A stretch of DNA of 64,000 nt from an uncultured delta proteobacterium (GTDB lineage Bacteria > Desulfobacterota > Binatia > UBA9968): NCBI GenBank assembly GCA_963728565.1, contig CAVSLC010000005.1:192001-256000 (forward strand), read 5' to 3'. Shown here piece by piece: positions 29,913 to 41,112 of the stretch (position 1 is its first letter; every line of letters starts with the position of its first letter). The translations under genes and the position numbers were made by a program. The notes beneath the pieces were generated by a model. That model worked only from the letters and a program-made list of their open reading frames with translations. It was not told the origin of the DNA and searched no databases.

Positions 29913-32564
29913 GTGACCAAAGAAGAGCTTAGACTAGAGGAAGATCGAGAGCGCAAGGCGAACTGGAAGCGCTGGGGCCCTTATCTGTCGGAGCGTCAGT
30001 GGGGCACCGTGCGCGAGGATTACAGTCCGTACGGAACGGCATGGGATTCGTTCTCTCACGATCAGGCGCGTAGCCGCGCCTACCGCTGGGGCGAAGACGG
30101 CCTGGCAGGGATTTCAGATAAGCACCAGTTCATTTGCTTCGCCTTGGCTCTCTGGAACGGTCGCGACCCGATCCTCAAAGAACGCCTGTTCGGCCTGACC
30201 GGTAGCGAGGGCAACCATGGCGAGGATGTGAAAGAGTACTATTTTTACCTGGACTCGACACCGACGCACTCTTACATGAAATACCTGTACAAGTACCCGC
30301 AGAGCGAATTTCCCTATGCGCAGCTGGTGGAGGAAAATCGCCGGCGGGGGAAACGCGATCTCGAATTCGAGCTCATTCATACGGGAATTTTTGACCAGGA
30401 CCGGTACTTCGATATTTTCGTCGAATACGCAAAGGGGTCGCCGGACGACGTTCTAATTCGAATCGAAGCAATCAATCGCGGACCCGAAGCCGCCGAACTT
30501 CATCTGCTGCCGACGGTGTGGTTTCGCAATACCTGGTCTTGGAGCGCCGAGCCGCAGCGGCCCCGGCTAATGCGGGGTGAGCCGGCCGAAGGCGTCATTC
30601 CCATAGAGCTGCATCACTCCTATTACAATAAACGATGGTTTTACTGCGAAGGGAATCCGGAGACGCTCTTCACCGAGAACGAGACCAACCATCGCCGTCT
30701 GTTCGGCGCGGATAACGCTTCATCCTACTCCAAGGATGGCATCAACGATTACATCGTGAGTGGCGCAAAAGACGCGGTGAATGCGGCCGGCGTGGGAACG
30801 AAAGCGGCCGGCCACTATCGGCTCGATATCGGGCCGGGAAAAAGCGCCGTCGTCAAGCTCCGATTGACGGACAATGAAATGGTCTCCTCCGCGAGTCGGC
30901 CTTTCGACGCGCGCTTCGATCTCACTGTCGCGGAGCGAAGAAAAGAAGCCGATGAGTTCTATGCCAGCGTCTCCCCGCCGAGTCTTTCGGCGGATTCACG
31001 AAGGGTGATGCGTCAGGCTCTCGCCGGCATGCTCTGGTCGAAGCAGTTTTATCATTACGTGGTCAAGCAATGGTTGGACGGCGACCCCGGCAACCCTCCG
31101 CCGCCGTCAGAGCGGGTCAACGGCCGCAATCATGAATGGCCCCATCTGTACAATGCCGACGTGATTTCGATGCCCGACAAGTGGGAATACCCGTGGTATG
31201 CAGCCTGGGACCTGGCGTTTCATTGCATTCCTCTTGCATTGGTGGATGCAGACTTCGCCAAGGAGCAACTCTGTTTGATGCTGCGCGAGTGGTACATGCA
31301 CCCCAACGGGCAGATTCCCGCGTACGAGTGGGCCTTTGGCGACGTTAATCCGCCGGTTCACGCCTGGGCGGCATGGCGGGTCTACAAGGTCGAGAAGAAG
31401 CGCCGAGGCAAAGGCGACCGCGAGTTTCTCCAGCGCGTTTTTCACAAATTGCTGCTGAACTTTACCTGGTGGGTGAACCGCAAGGACGCAAACGGTATGA
31501 ACATCTTCCAGGGAGGATTTTTAGGCTTGGATAACATCGGCGTATTCGATCGCAGCGCGCCGCTGCCCACCGGCGGCTACATCGAACAGTCCGACGGCAC
31601 GAGTTGGATGGCGATGTACACTTTGAATCTTCTGGCCATTGCGCTCGAGCTATCCAAGGAAGACCGTGCCTACGAAGACGTGGCAAGCAAATTCTGGGAG
31701 CACTTCATTCACATTGCGCATGCGATGAGCCATCGCGGTCAGAACGGCACGGGACTATGGAACGACGAAGACGGCTTTTTCTATGACGTGCTCAGGCTGC
31801 CGGATGGCAGTCACTTTCCGATGAAGATTCGTTCCATGGTCGGGCTGATTCCGTTGTTCGCCGTGGAAACTTTGGAGCCGGAGCTGTTACAACGGTTGCC
31901 GGGCTTCAAGCGACGCCTGGAGTGGTTTATCGACAATCGGCCGGACCTCACCGGCAATGTCGCCTGCATGAGGACGCCGGGCATGGGTGAGCGACGCCTG
32001 CTTTCGATCGCATCCGAGGATCAGCTCCGTCAGATACTGAAGTATATGCTGGACGAACGCGAGTTCCTTTCGCCCTACGGAATCCGAGCGCTCTCCCAAT
32101 ATCATCGCGACCATCCTTACAATTTATCGGTGAACGGGACAAACCACCGGGTAGAATACGAGCCGGCGGAATCGAGCACCGGACTATTCGGCGGGAATTC
32201 TAACTGGCGCGGACCGATCTGGTTTCCGGTAAATTTTCTTTTAATCGAGTCGCTGCAGAAGTTTCACTATTATCTTGGAGACGATTTTAGGGTCGAATGC
32301 CCTACCGGCTCCGGCAAAATGATGACGCTCTGGGAAGTTGCCGGCGATATTTCGCAGCGACTCATGCGAATCTTGTTGCAGGATGCGGATCAGAAGAGAC
32401 CGGTTTTTGGCGGCACGGAAAAATTCCAGAACGATCCGCACTGGCGCGATCTGATCCCATTCCACGAATACTTCCACGGCGACAACGGCGCTGGAATCGG
32501 TGCGAGCCACCAAACTGGTTGGACCGGCCTGATAGCGAAATTAATCCAACAATACTCCGCGTAA
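29913..32564 (+). CDS. GH63/MGH1-like glucosidase
   Basis: [54 protein letters not shown]. Confidence 0.92.
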   Translation: MTKEELRLEEDRERKANWKRWGPYLSERQWGTVREDYSPYGTAWDSFSHDQARSRAYRWGEDGLAGISDKHQFICFALALWNGRDPILKERLFGLTGSEGNHGEDVKEYYFYLDSTPTHSYMKYLYKYPQSEFPYAQLVEENRRRGKRDLEFELIHTGIFDQDRYFDIFVEYAKGSPDDVLIRIEAINRGPEAAELHLLPTVWFRNTWSWSAEPQRPRLMRGEPAEGVIPIELHHSYYNKRWFYCEGNPETLFTENETNHRRLFGADNASSYSKDGINDYIVSGAKDAVNAAGVGTKAAGHYRLDIGPGKSAVVKLRLTDNEMVSSASRPFDARFDLTVAERRKEADEFYASVSPPSLSADSRRVMRQALAGMLWSKQFYHYVVKQWLDGDPGNPPPPSERVNGRNHEWPHLYNADVISMPDKWEYPWYAAWDLAFHCIPLALVDADFAKEQLCLMLREWYMHPNGQIPAYEWAFGDVNPPVHAWAAWRVYKVEKKRRGKGDREFLQRVFHKLLLNFTWWVNRKDANGMNIFQGGFLGLDNIGVFDRSAPLPTGGYIEQSDGTSWMAMYTLNLLAIALELSKEDRAYEDVASKFWEHFIHIAHAMSHRGQNGTGLWNDEDGFFYDVLRLPDGSHFPMKIRSMVGLIPLFAVETLEPELLQRLPGFKRRLEWFIDNRPDLTGNVACMRTPGMGERRLLSIASEDQLRQILKYMLDEREFLSPYGIRALSQYHRDHPYNLSVNGTNHRVEYEPAESSTGLFGGNSNWRGPIWFPVNFLLIESLQKFHYYLGDDFRVECPTGSGKMMTLWEVAGDISQRLMRILLQDADQKRPVFGGTEKFQNDPHWRDLIPFHEYFHGDNGAGIGASHQTGWTGLIAKLIQQYSA

Positions 32565-32594
32565 GCTCAACTCTTACGCGGAGAAATCATTGAT

Positions 32595-33110
32595 ATGCTC
32601 TCCGGATATCATCCGAACAGCGCACCTCTGGGAGAGATGAGCGCTTCTATCGCGCATGAAGTCAATCAACCGTTCACTGCCGCCGTCACTGGTGCTAGCG
32701 CCTGTTTGTGTTGGCTTGATGCGCAGAAGCCGGAGGAAGCTCGACGGTCCGCCTCGCGGGTGATTGCAGAAGTTCATCGGGCCGGCGAAATCATTGGCCG
32801 TCTATGCTCGTTGACCAAGAAAGCGCCGCCGCAAAAGGACTGGCTCGACTTTAACCGAGACGATACATGAAGTCATTGCGTTTGCGCGCAGCGAGATCCA
32901 ACCAAACGGTGCAGGGTTAGAGACCGAACTCTCGGACTTGTACCGGTCATTCGGGCGGACCGCATTGAATGCAGCAAGTGATTCCGAATCTGATGATGAA
33001 TGCCATCGAGGCGATGAGCGGACTTAGCGCGGCTCCACGAGAGTTGTTGGTTCGATCCGGCACTGATGAATCGACGGACGTAGTGATCTCAGTGCAGGAC
33101 TCGGGTTCAT
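32595..33110 (+). pseudogene. Sensor histidine kinase remnant
   Basis: LGEMSASIAHEVNQP; QQVIPNLMMNAIEAM; SVQDSG; fragmented across frames and truncated. Confidence 0.75.
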
Positions 33111-33418
33111 GGGTGCGAAACTCGTGGGGGCAAGCCGAGATCAGATGCTCGCCATGGGCTAGGAGTCTAAGACGAACTCTCCTACGGAGCGGGACAGCCG
33201 AGTAGAACCCTCAACAGGATCAGCCCAGCAAGTTAGATCATACTAGCAAATCGGGTGCTCTTTGGAGACGCACAGCACCCGTTTAGAAGATCGCTAAGCA
33301 AGCATCGACTAATGGGATTATCACTGCTCATCAGACGACATCGAAAAAGTTCACAGCGTTTTAACAGCACTCTTGAATCCCTCCAGCAAACCCGCTAAGT
33401 AATTGTTTTCACGCGTAT

Positions 33419-33491
<73 letters not shown>

Positions 33492-34352
33492 CCTCTAACA
33501 CTCACCACCGTTATATAACTCCTAATCATTCTTGCAGCGGACGAAATGTTTTTTCCAAATTCGTTTTTTTAAGTCCCGCCAGCGGCAAGTGACGGTGCTC
33601 ATGATCGTCCTAAGAAGAGTGCTCCATCAATTGTTGGATCCGAGGCACGGCCGAGTTGGACTGTCGTTAGCCTCGCGCTAAATAGGCACGTACATATCGC
33701 CGGAGCGCAGCAGAATACCGGCAGCTATGCTCGCGAGAGAAATAGCAGTAGATAATTTGCCAGATGTTGCGAAGCCAGGAGGAGTAATTGTAGTTGGAGG
33801 CGTAAGGGCGCCACGAACCCTGACCTCTCAGACAAGGAAATGCTATCATGCGAGTTGCAAAAACATGTTGACAGTATTGACGGTTGTAGCGTTAGGCCTT
33901 CGTCATTTATCTATCGCACTACCTTCGTAACTCTAATCCTTTAGCAGTGAAAGCACAGTGCTGCAGCAGCGATCTGATAATCGATGCTATAATCAACAGC
34001 AATGACCCGCTTGTTGGATGACTATTCAGACACGTAAAACGGATGATATTTCATTCAGAAAACAAAACTTTAAAACTAAATATTTTACGATCGATCGGGT
34101 AAAAATAAATTCGACCATAGCCGTTCCATAGGTAATTACCACACGTGTTAGATTACGGCTGACCGATTATGGCATAACCATTGCTCCCGTCTTGCGAAAT
34201 CGATCAGGTAGTCAGTGCCTGCGCCGTTAAGCATCGGAGCCAATCTCACCTGTTTTAGACAGCGACGATCCTTTGAGACGTTTACGGACGACAGTGGGAT
34301 GCTGCGGATGCATCGGGTGCTTGGTGTCATCACTTAGACCCTGCCAACTATT

Positions 34353-35996
34353 ATGTTAAGGAGATCATTCGTGGGAAAATTAATCGTAACCTGCCTGGGC
34401 TCTCGTTTCGGACACTTCTGCGTTCTTATAACGCTTGCGGTTGCCGTTCAATGGGTGAGCGAGACGGTTTATGCCGCCGAGTCGACCTGCGCCTCCGGTC
34501 GGGAATCTTGCAATTCTCGGATTAATGAAGATGCGCTCTCCTCCGGTTCCGGACCTGGATTGCTGCGCGTGCATCCGTCGAATCCGCTCTATTTCACGAA
34601 CGGTTCCGATAAAGCGATTTATCTCGGCGGGCATCAAATATTCGTCGATTTGCAAGATAATACGTTTGGCAAGTACACGACTTACAGCGAGCAAACCCAA
34701 CTAGATTGGTCGTGGTATCTTCAGTTTGCCAAAGCGCGAAGTCTGAACTATCTGCGAAATTGGACGTTGATGAGCACGGGCTGTGGAGTGCCCTCAGCAT
34801 GCGCGGTTGCTTACCCGATGCCGTATAAGCGGGTTTCGGGATTTGGCAGTGCGAACGATGGAGGGGACAAGTTCGATCTGAATCAGTTCGATGAGGAATT
34901 TTTTAATCGGCTACGCTCACGGGTCATAGATGCGGGCAGCCACGGCATGTACGTGAGCATCATGCTGTACGATGTTTACGCATTCTCGAATTTTTCTGCG
35001 CCTCTCGATCCGATGTGGGGGGGCAATGTCTTCAATGCTGCAAACAATATCAATGGCATCACGGCCGATATCAATGGCGATAGCTGGGGGGTGGAGTTCT
35101 TTACTGCCCCATCGTCTGAAATCCGCGCGTTACAAAAAAGTTATGTCATGAAAGTTATCGATGCCGTCAATGATCTGGATAATGTCATTTTCGAGATTGG
35201 GAACGAAGTGGGTGCACTGCAATGGCAGTACGAGATGATCAACTTCGTCAAGAGTTATGAGGCCTCAAAGGCCAAGCAACACCTAATTCTGATGAGCCCT
35301 GGCGGTTTGAGTGGTTTAGACGTTTATACGAGTGCCACGCAGCGTGAAGTCATCGGGAGCTCTGCGGATATCTTCGCTGCCTCAATCGTTTGGGCCGATT
35401 ATTTGGAGAATCCCCCGGCCAACAGTAACGGCAAGCCCGGTATTTTGGACAGAGATCACGTCCGGCCGACGCATACTCTGGCGCCCATGCTTGTCTGGAA
35501 AGCATTTGCCCGAGGGTATCACTACAGCCTGTATGACCAACCTTTCGAGGTCCATTCGTTGGAGAACGCTGCATGGGAGCTAGCGCGCATTAATATCGGC
35601 GCAGTCGTCACCTATGCCAACACCGTATTTTCTGATCTCTCTAAGATGCTCCCCAATGGCGATCTTAGCTCAACGCAGTATGCACTTGCCAATCCAGGGT
35701 CAGAATATTTGATAGTTCAGCCTGCAAACGGGGCTTTTACCGTAGAGATGGAGGCCGGGGCCTATAACTACGAATGGTTCGACCCGAACACGGCTGCAAC
35801 GGTGGACAGTGGCGTGGTCAGCTTAATAGCTGGCACCCACACTTTTACGCCACCGTTTAGCGGAAGCGCCGTGTTGTATCTGAAATCGCCATCGCGAACC
35901 GGTGCCGCTTCACTGAGCGGAGACGATTTCTCGATCCCGGAGATTGATGTACCAGAGGCATCTGCGACGTCGGCCAATGAAACCGCGGCGTCGTAA
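34353..35996 (+). CDS. Secreted glycoside-hydrolase-like protein (TIM barrel plus C-terminal beta domain)
   Basis: LRVHPSNPLYF, KFDLNQFDEEFF, NVIFEIGNE, ALANPGSEY...EWFDP; N-terminal hydrophobic segment. Confidence 0.7.
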   Translation: MLRRSFVGKLIVTCLGSRFGHFCVLITLAVAVQWVSETVYAAESTCASGRESCNSRINEDALSSGSGPGLLRVHPSNPLYFTNGSDKAIYLGGHQIFVDLQDNTFGKYTTYSEQTQLDWSWYLQFAKARSLNYLRNWTLMSTGCGVPSACAVAYPMPYKRVSGFGSANDGGDKFDLNQFDEEFFNRLRSRVIDAGSHGMYVSIMLYDVYAFSNFSAPLDPMWGGNVFNAANNINGITADINGDSWGVEFFTAPSSEIRALQKSYVMKVIDAVNDLDNVIFEIGNEVGALQWQYEMINFVKSYEASKAKQHLILMSPGGLSGLDVYTSATQREVIGSSADIFAASIVWADYLENPPANSNGKPGILDRDHVRPTHTLAPMLVWKAFARGYHYSLYDQPFEVHSLENAAWELARINIGAVVTYANTVFSDLSKMLPNGDLSSTQYALANPGSEYLIVQPANGAFTVEMEAGAYNYEWFDPNTAATVDSGVVSLIAGTHTFTPPFSGSAVLYLKSPSRTGAASLSGDDFSIPEIDVPEASATSANETAAS

Positions 35997-36733
35997 AGAT
36001 CCGGAAAAACGAAAATCAGATCGTATCAGGTAAACACCCAGTTATAGAATTGCCGCTTCATATAGAACCCTGGCTGTGATGATCAATTGCGTCAGCATTT
36101 CTGTTGTAGGTCCGTATGCGACGAGCTAATCAGCGCAAGTGCTTATCATGTTGGTTGCCATGCTTCTTCTGATCCCGTAACGTTGCCGCTGGCTAACTTG
36201 ACAATAACCTTACGATTTTCCTGTTGCATCTCTCTGATGATGCTAGTTGACAATCTTTAGCTAGCTAGGCTCTTCAATTGAACTCTATTCAGGCCAAGGT
36301 CATATCATTTCGGCCTTAGTCTCCCCACGGCTGTCGATGTCAGCAGCCGCTCTTGTGCGCTGGCAAGGATTGTCACATCTCTTCGTGGCTTGCCTGAATT
36401 GTTAGTGCTCGCCGGGCATTTTGGAAGTTAGCGTTGAAATCCAGCTCCGGCTGCCATACGAGCTTGGGAGATAGCCAAGCAACCCACGCTTCTCGTAGTT
36501 CAGAGTGGTACATCTTGGCGGTGTGGTTTGACATCAAATTGATAAGAGTGGTTGAAAGTGGTTGAAGGGGCCCGACGGTGGGAAGTGTTGACTGCGTTCC
36601 GGGCTCAAGATTATTTCCACGGCTTCTGATCCAAACGCCGACGTAAAAAGGTTTCTGCATTGGCGGTCCAGTCCCCGTTTGGTTAAAATGCTCAGGCATT
36701 TGTCATGAGTAGTGCTCTAGAAAGGGGCTGCGG

Positions 36734-36880
36734 ATGGACCGACTCGAAAAGCTTTTTGACTATACGTTGCGGTATGCACTTGAACCCGGGTTGAACTGGG
36801 TTATAGCTCATCCCATCATCTCAGTGGTTGTCGTTTTCATCCTTGTTTACTGGTCAGTGAGGGGTTATCGGATGCTATAG
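36734..36880 (+). CDS. Small single-TM protein (48 aa), below the ORF-track length cutoff
   Basis: aagggg RBS; MDRLEKLFDYTLRYALEPGLNWVIAHPIISVVVVFILVYWSVRGYRML. Confidence 0.5.
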   Translation: MDRLEKLFDYTLRYALEPGLNWVIAHPIISVVVVFILVYWSVRGYRML

Positions 36881-36998
36881 ATTGCGTCCAGTGCGCTTGA
36901 GTTTTCACCGACTGATGATTTTGCTATAGCTTTCTTAATACTATGGGGTCAATTGAGACCAGAGAAAGAGACGGTGAGCCGGCAAAGGAGTGCGAATC

Positions 36999-37865
36999 AT
37001 GCCGCTAGTCTCGGCAATGGCTGCCAGTCATGCGCCAAATATTCTGTTAGAGCCCGGTGCCGAATGGGAAGACTTCATGGATTTGCACTACAGCATGGCG
37101 CCACAAGGGACAGCGTCAAGACCGACGCTAGAGCAACAGAAAAGACTCAGACGTGACGCCGAAGCTGCGTTCGCTGCTTTACGTACGGATCTCGAAGAAG
37201 CCAAGCCGGACGTTCTCATCGTCGTCGCTAATGATCAGTTCGTAAACTTTTTTTGGAACAACATTCCAACTTTCTTCGTGACGCTGGCCGACGAGGTGCA
37301 CGGCCGTTTTACCCGGCATAAGTTTCGCTATCGCAATCACAAGGAGCTTGGACAGGCCCTCGTCGCTGCGGGCATGGAGAAGGGAATCGATTTCTCGTTC
37401 GGCGAACATGTCGAGTTGCAGCATACGCAAAACGTGCCGCTTTATTTCCTTTTGCCAGAACCCACGATTCCAATTTTACCAGTCTATGTGAACACCTGGG
37501 TTGCTCCGGCGCCGACGCCGAAGCGTTGCTATCAGGTTGGTGAGCTGATCCGAGAAGTCGCTGTCAACTCATCGGAGCGCGTCGCGATTCTTGCTACGGG
37601 AGGCTTATCCCACTTCCCGGGCTCGCCGAGAATTGGTGAGATCGACACGCAGTTCGATCATAAGCTGTTGGAAATCATGCGCCAGGGAAAGGGACCGAGC
37701 TTGGCCGACTACTCGGTCGACGAATTGTTGAAAGCGGGAGACAGTGAATTTCTCAACTGGATGGTTGTCGTTGGCGCTGTCGGAAACGCGAAAGCCACTT
37801 ACACTTCTTACATGCCCGACTTTGTGGCCACCGGCTGGGGATTTGTGAGTTGGCGGCTTTCCTAA
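36999..37865 (+). CDS. Class III extradiol dioxygenase, LigB-like beta subunit
   Basis: SHAP, NDQFVNFF, ATGGLSHFPG, EFLNW. Confidence 0.87.
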   Translation: MPLVSAMAASHAPNILLEPGAEWEDFMDLHYSMAPQGTASRPTLEQQKRLRRDAEAAFAALRTDLEEAKPDVLIVVANDQFVNFFWNNIPTFFVTLADEVHGRFTRHKFRYRNHKELGQALVAAGMEKGIDFSFGEHVELQHTQNVPLYFLLPEPTIPILPVYVNTWVAPAPTPKRCYQVGELIREVAVNSSERVAILATGGLSHFPGSPRIGEIDTQFDHKLLEIMRQGKGPSLADYSVDELLKAGDSEFLNWMVVVGAVGNAKATYTSYMPDFVATGWGFVSWRLS

Positions 37866-37899
37866 GCCTTGGTTTGTAAACGGCTGCGCTGGAGGTGCT

Positions 37900-38145
37900 G
37901 TGAGCTGTTATCATTTGAGCCGTCTGCTTTTTGATCTCAAAATGAACGAATCGTTCTATCAGCGCGCCTTGGCTGATTTCGAAGGAGTCATCGGCGAGTA
38001 TGAACTAACCGATGAGGAAAAGGAGGCGCTCCGAGCCGGTGATCCGCGCAAGTTACGGCAGTTAGGCGTCCATGGGATGCTGTGCCTGTATATCAAGCGG
38101 CTCAACCCTGAGTTCCGCGATAATATCTACTGGGCGCAGAAGTAG
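37900..38145 (+). CDS. LigA-like alpha subunit
   Basis: YELTDEEKEALRAGD...LGVHG; directly follows ligB-like gene. Confidence 0.75.
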   Translation: MSCYHLSRLLFDLKMNESFYQRALADFEGVIGEYELTDEEKEALRAGDPRKLRQLGVHGMLCLYIKRLNPEFRDNIYWAQK

Positions 38146-38315
38146 AACAGGCCATCAGGTTTGTCATCCGAGTATTCTCGATTTGCAGCGACTTTCTTCC
38201 AATCTTCCTCGTCATCTCTCATCATCACCTAGCTTTCTGACGATTGTGTTCCCGTTTTGACCCGTTGGAACCGGTCTGGTAGTATCCGGGCACACGTCAA
38301 ACGAGGGGGAACAAA

Positions 38316-39107
38316 ATGGATCTTGGATTGAAGGGGAAAGTTGCGCTTGTTGCAGGCGCTAGCCAGGGAATGGGTAAAGCGACAGCCTTCGGGTTCGCTC
38401 GTGAGGGAGCGAACGTGAGTATCTGCGCGAGAGGTGAAGCAGCGCTGAACCAAGCCGCTGACATGATCCGCAAAGAAACTGGAGGCAAAGTGTTAGCGAT
38501 GACGGCCGACATGAGCAAAGCGGAAGACATCCAGAGATTTGTAGAAAAGAGCGCGGAGCACTTTGGGCGGATCGATATCATAGTGAATAATGCGGGCGGT
38601 CCTCCTCCCGGCGACTTCTTAAATTTTACCGACGAAGATTGGAACAACGCTTTCAACTTGAGTTTTATGAGCACGATGCGGATGACTCGTGAGGCGGTGC
38701 CTCATATGCGCAAGGTCGGAGCGGGCCGTGTCATCAATATCACTTCCTATTCTGTCAAAGAACCAATCGCCGGTTTGGTTCTCTCCAATGCGATCCGCAG
38801 CGGCGTCATCGGCATGGCAAAAACCCTCTCCCGGGAGTTGGGCAAGGATAATATTCTGATCAATAATATTTGCCCCGGCCGCATCGACACCGAACGCGCA
38901 CAGAAACTAAATAAGGCCCGCGCCGATCGTCTTAAACGGCCGGTTGAGGAAATCAATAAAGAAATGGCGGCGGAGGTGCCTCTGGGCCGCTATGGAACGG
39001 CTGATGAAACCGCCGATTTGATTGTTTTCTTGGGATCGGATCGAGCTAGCTATATTACCGGCACCACCATTCAGATCGATGGAGGTTTAGTAAGGGGGAT
39101 TCAATAA
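38316..39107 (+). CDS. SDR-family oxidoreductase
   Basis: GASQGMG, NNAGG, NICPG, IDGG. Confidence 0.92.
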   Translation: MDLGLKGKVALVAGASQGMGKATAFGFAREGANVSICARGEAALNQAADMIRKETGGKVLAMTADMSKAEDIQRFVEKSAEHFGRIDIIVNNAGGPPPGDFLNFTDEDWNNAFNLSFMSTMRMTREAVPHMRKVGAGRVINITSYSVKEPIAGLVLSNAIRSGVIGMAKTLSRELGKDNILINNICPGRIDTERAQKLNKARADRLKRPVEEINKEMAAEVPLGRYGTADETADLIVFLGSDRASYITGTTIQIDGGLVRGIQ

Positions 39108-39431
39108 ATGGTTCACTTCGTGATTCAATGGGATCTTCCGGATCAAAAGGCCAATCTGACTATATACGCCAACAAAGCCAAGAACGACTGGTTGCCGGCT
39201 ACGCTGTCACATCAAGGTGTGATCGAAATCCGCAATTACCGCAACCCGCTTGAGATAACCCCGCATGTCGCGATCACGATCGATTTCGAGAATATGGAGT
39301 GCTGGCGCGACTACATTGATTCACAGGATTACATTCGCATCATGCGCGAGCTCCGGATTCTGGGCTGTAATAACTTCACCGCCAATGTCTGGGCGCCCTC
39401 GAAGTATTTCGCTGAATCGATGAAGCCATAA
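39108..39431 (+). CDS. Hypothetical protein (possible dimeric alpha-beta barrel)
   Basis: Abuts the SDR stop codon; 107 aa. Confidence 0.55.
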   Translation: MVHFVIQWDLPDQKANLTIYANKAKNDWLPATLSHQGVIEIRNYRNPLEITPHVAITIDFENMECWRDYIDSQDYIRIMRELRILGCNNFTANVWAPSKYFAESMKP

Positions 39432-39647
39432 ACCACTGGGATGGCGCAATCGCTGTACCTCGTGCGAACGGCGCTTCCCGACATCGCGTTTATGTCGATG
39501 GGCGAGCCGGATCAGAGGTATACGGTGACCAGGTCCGGGCTCGCTGAAAATCAGAGGATTGCCCGGTATGAAGAAGGCTTCTTACCCATCATCAAACGAA
39601 ACCTCAGCTTGGGTGTGCAAAGAATCGTTCTAACTTTGCCGTGCTCT

Positions 39648-40304
39648 TCAACGTTTCACAGTCACACCGATTTGACTGCAATACTTCGCCACTGGACATT
39701 GACTGCATAGCGGTGAAATCGGCCGGCATAACTGCTGGCCAAAACTCACCAGAAGATCGTTGTACTCGATCCAATACTGTTTGGGCAGTTTTTGGCGTAG
39801 AGCTACCTCGGTCTTTTCCGGCGTAGCCGTCTTCACGTAGCCCCAGCGATTTGAAATTCGGTGCACGTGGGTATCGACACAGATGCCGGGTTTGTTGTAC
39901 CCCAGGGTGACTACCAGGTTGGCGGTCTTGCGGCCGACGCCTTTGAATTTGATCAATTCGTCGATCTCATCGGGAACTCTTCCGCGATAGTTTTCATTCA
40001 AGTTCCTGCAGATCTCCAAGATAGTTTTTGCTTTGGTGCGGTAAAACCCTACCGGGAAGATCACTTGCTCGATCCTCTTGGCGCTCAGTCGCACCATGGT
40101 CTCAGGCGAGTCTGCCAATGCAAAAAGCCGCCGTGAAGCCTGTGCGGTGGTGCTGTCCTGTGTGCGCAAGCTCAGAATGCAGGAGATGAGAACCTTGAAA
40201 GGACTATCCGATGCCTCGGCGATGAGCGTGACCACCGGCGTTTGCCATTTTGGCGCTTGCCGACGCAGAATCCGCAGGGCGGCGTGAATCTCACGATCTT
40301 TCAC
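39648..40304 (-). CDS. nth: Endonuclease III
   Basis: HhH KFKGVGRKTAN, VDTHVHR, C-x6-C-x2-C-x5-C. Confidence 0.93.
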   Translation of the reverse strand: MKDREIHAALRILRRQAPKWQTPVVTLIAEASDSPFKVLISCILSLRTQDSTTAQASRRLFALADSPETMVRLSAKRIEQVIFPVGFYRTKAKTILEICRNLNENYRGRVPDEIDELIKFKGVGRKTANLVVTLGYNKPGICVDTHVHRISNRWGYVKTATPEKTEVALRQKLPKQYWIEYNDLLVSFGQQLCRPISPLCSQCPVAKYCSQIGVTVKR

Positions 40305-40385
40305 TGAGTGGTTTTTGTTTTGCCGATTGGCTAAATTGAACCAGGTTCATATCACAAATCGCTGTCGGGTCAACATTTCTCAACC

Positions 40386-40958
40386 ATGGTTGTTCACAAG
40401 ATATCTCAAGCTCTCAAAATTCGTTCGCCGAAAACCATTTCAGGAAATCACTACAAACCAGCGGCGGTTTTGATCCCCATACAGGAACGGGAAGACGACG
40501 ATTATCTGGTCTTAACCAAGCGCGCCGAGCGGATGAGCCATCACAGCGGCCAAGTGGCATTTCCTGGCGGGCGGGTGGATCCCGACGATCGGAGCGAAGC
40601 GGAAGCGGCATTGCGCGAGAGCTATGAAGAGATCGGCATCCATCCCGATGAAGTGCGAATTCTGGGACAATTGGATCAAGCAGAGGCAGGCTATGGATTT
40701 CTTGTTACCCCGTTTGTCGGCGTGATACCTGCTTCTTGTGACTTCGTACTGAATCCGGCGGAGACCGCGGCGGTGTGCTCGGTGCCGATCTCAGCTTTAC
40801 TATCGCCGCCCAACTTTACCATTGACCAGTATCTTTCGCCTCGGGGCAATCCGAGCTATCACTTTCATGTGAACGGTTGGGATGTTTGGGGCGTCACCGC
40901 CAGAATCATCGTGCAGTTCCTGGAGCTTGTTTATGACTTCGAAGTTAAGAAACCCTGA
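40386..40958 (+). CDS. Nudix CoA pyrophosphatase
   Basis: HSGQVAFPGG...AALRESYEEIG, WGVTA. Confidence 0.9.
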   Translation: MVVHKISQALKIRSPKTISGNHYKPAAVLIPIQEREDDDYLVLTKRAERMSHHSGQVAFPGGRVDPDDRSEAEAALRESYEEIGIHPDEVRILGQLDQAEAGYGFLVTPFVGVIPASCDFVLNPAETAAVCSVPISALLSPPNFTIDQYLSPRGNPSYHFHVNGWDVWGVTARIIVQFLELVYDFEVKKP

Positions 40959-41112
40959 TCCCGTCTCCGACGGCGGTGTTTGGACCTATCCGCCAACATT
41001 TCCGGTAATCTCAGGGTCATGGCTTAGGGCGCTCTGTCGTCGGTATTTATCGTCACCGCTTTCACCCGCGTGTAATCAAGGATGATGATCAGCGAGGATT
41101 GTCGCTCGCCTG

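Noticed and set aside
36373-36699. 108-aa minus-strand ORF
   Set aside because: No recognisable motif or RBS; cannot be supported.
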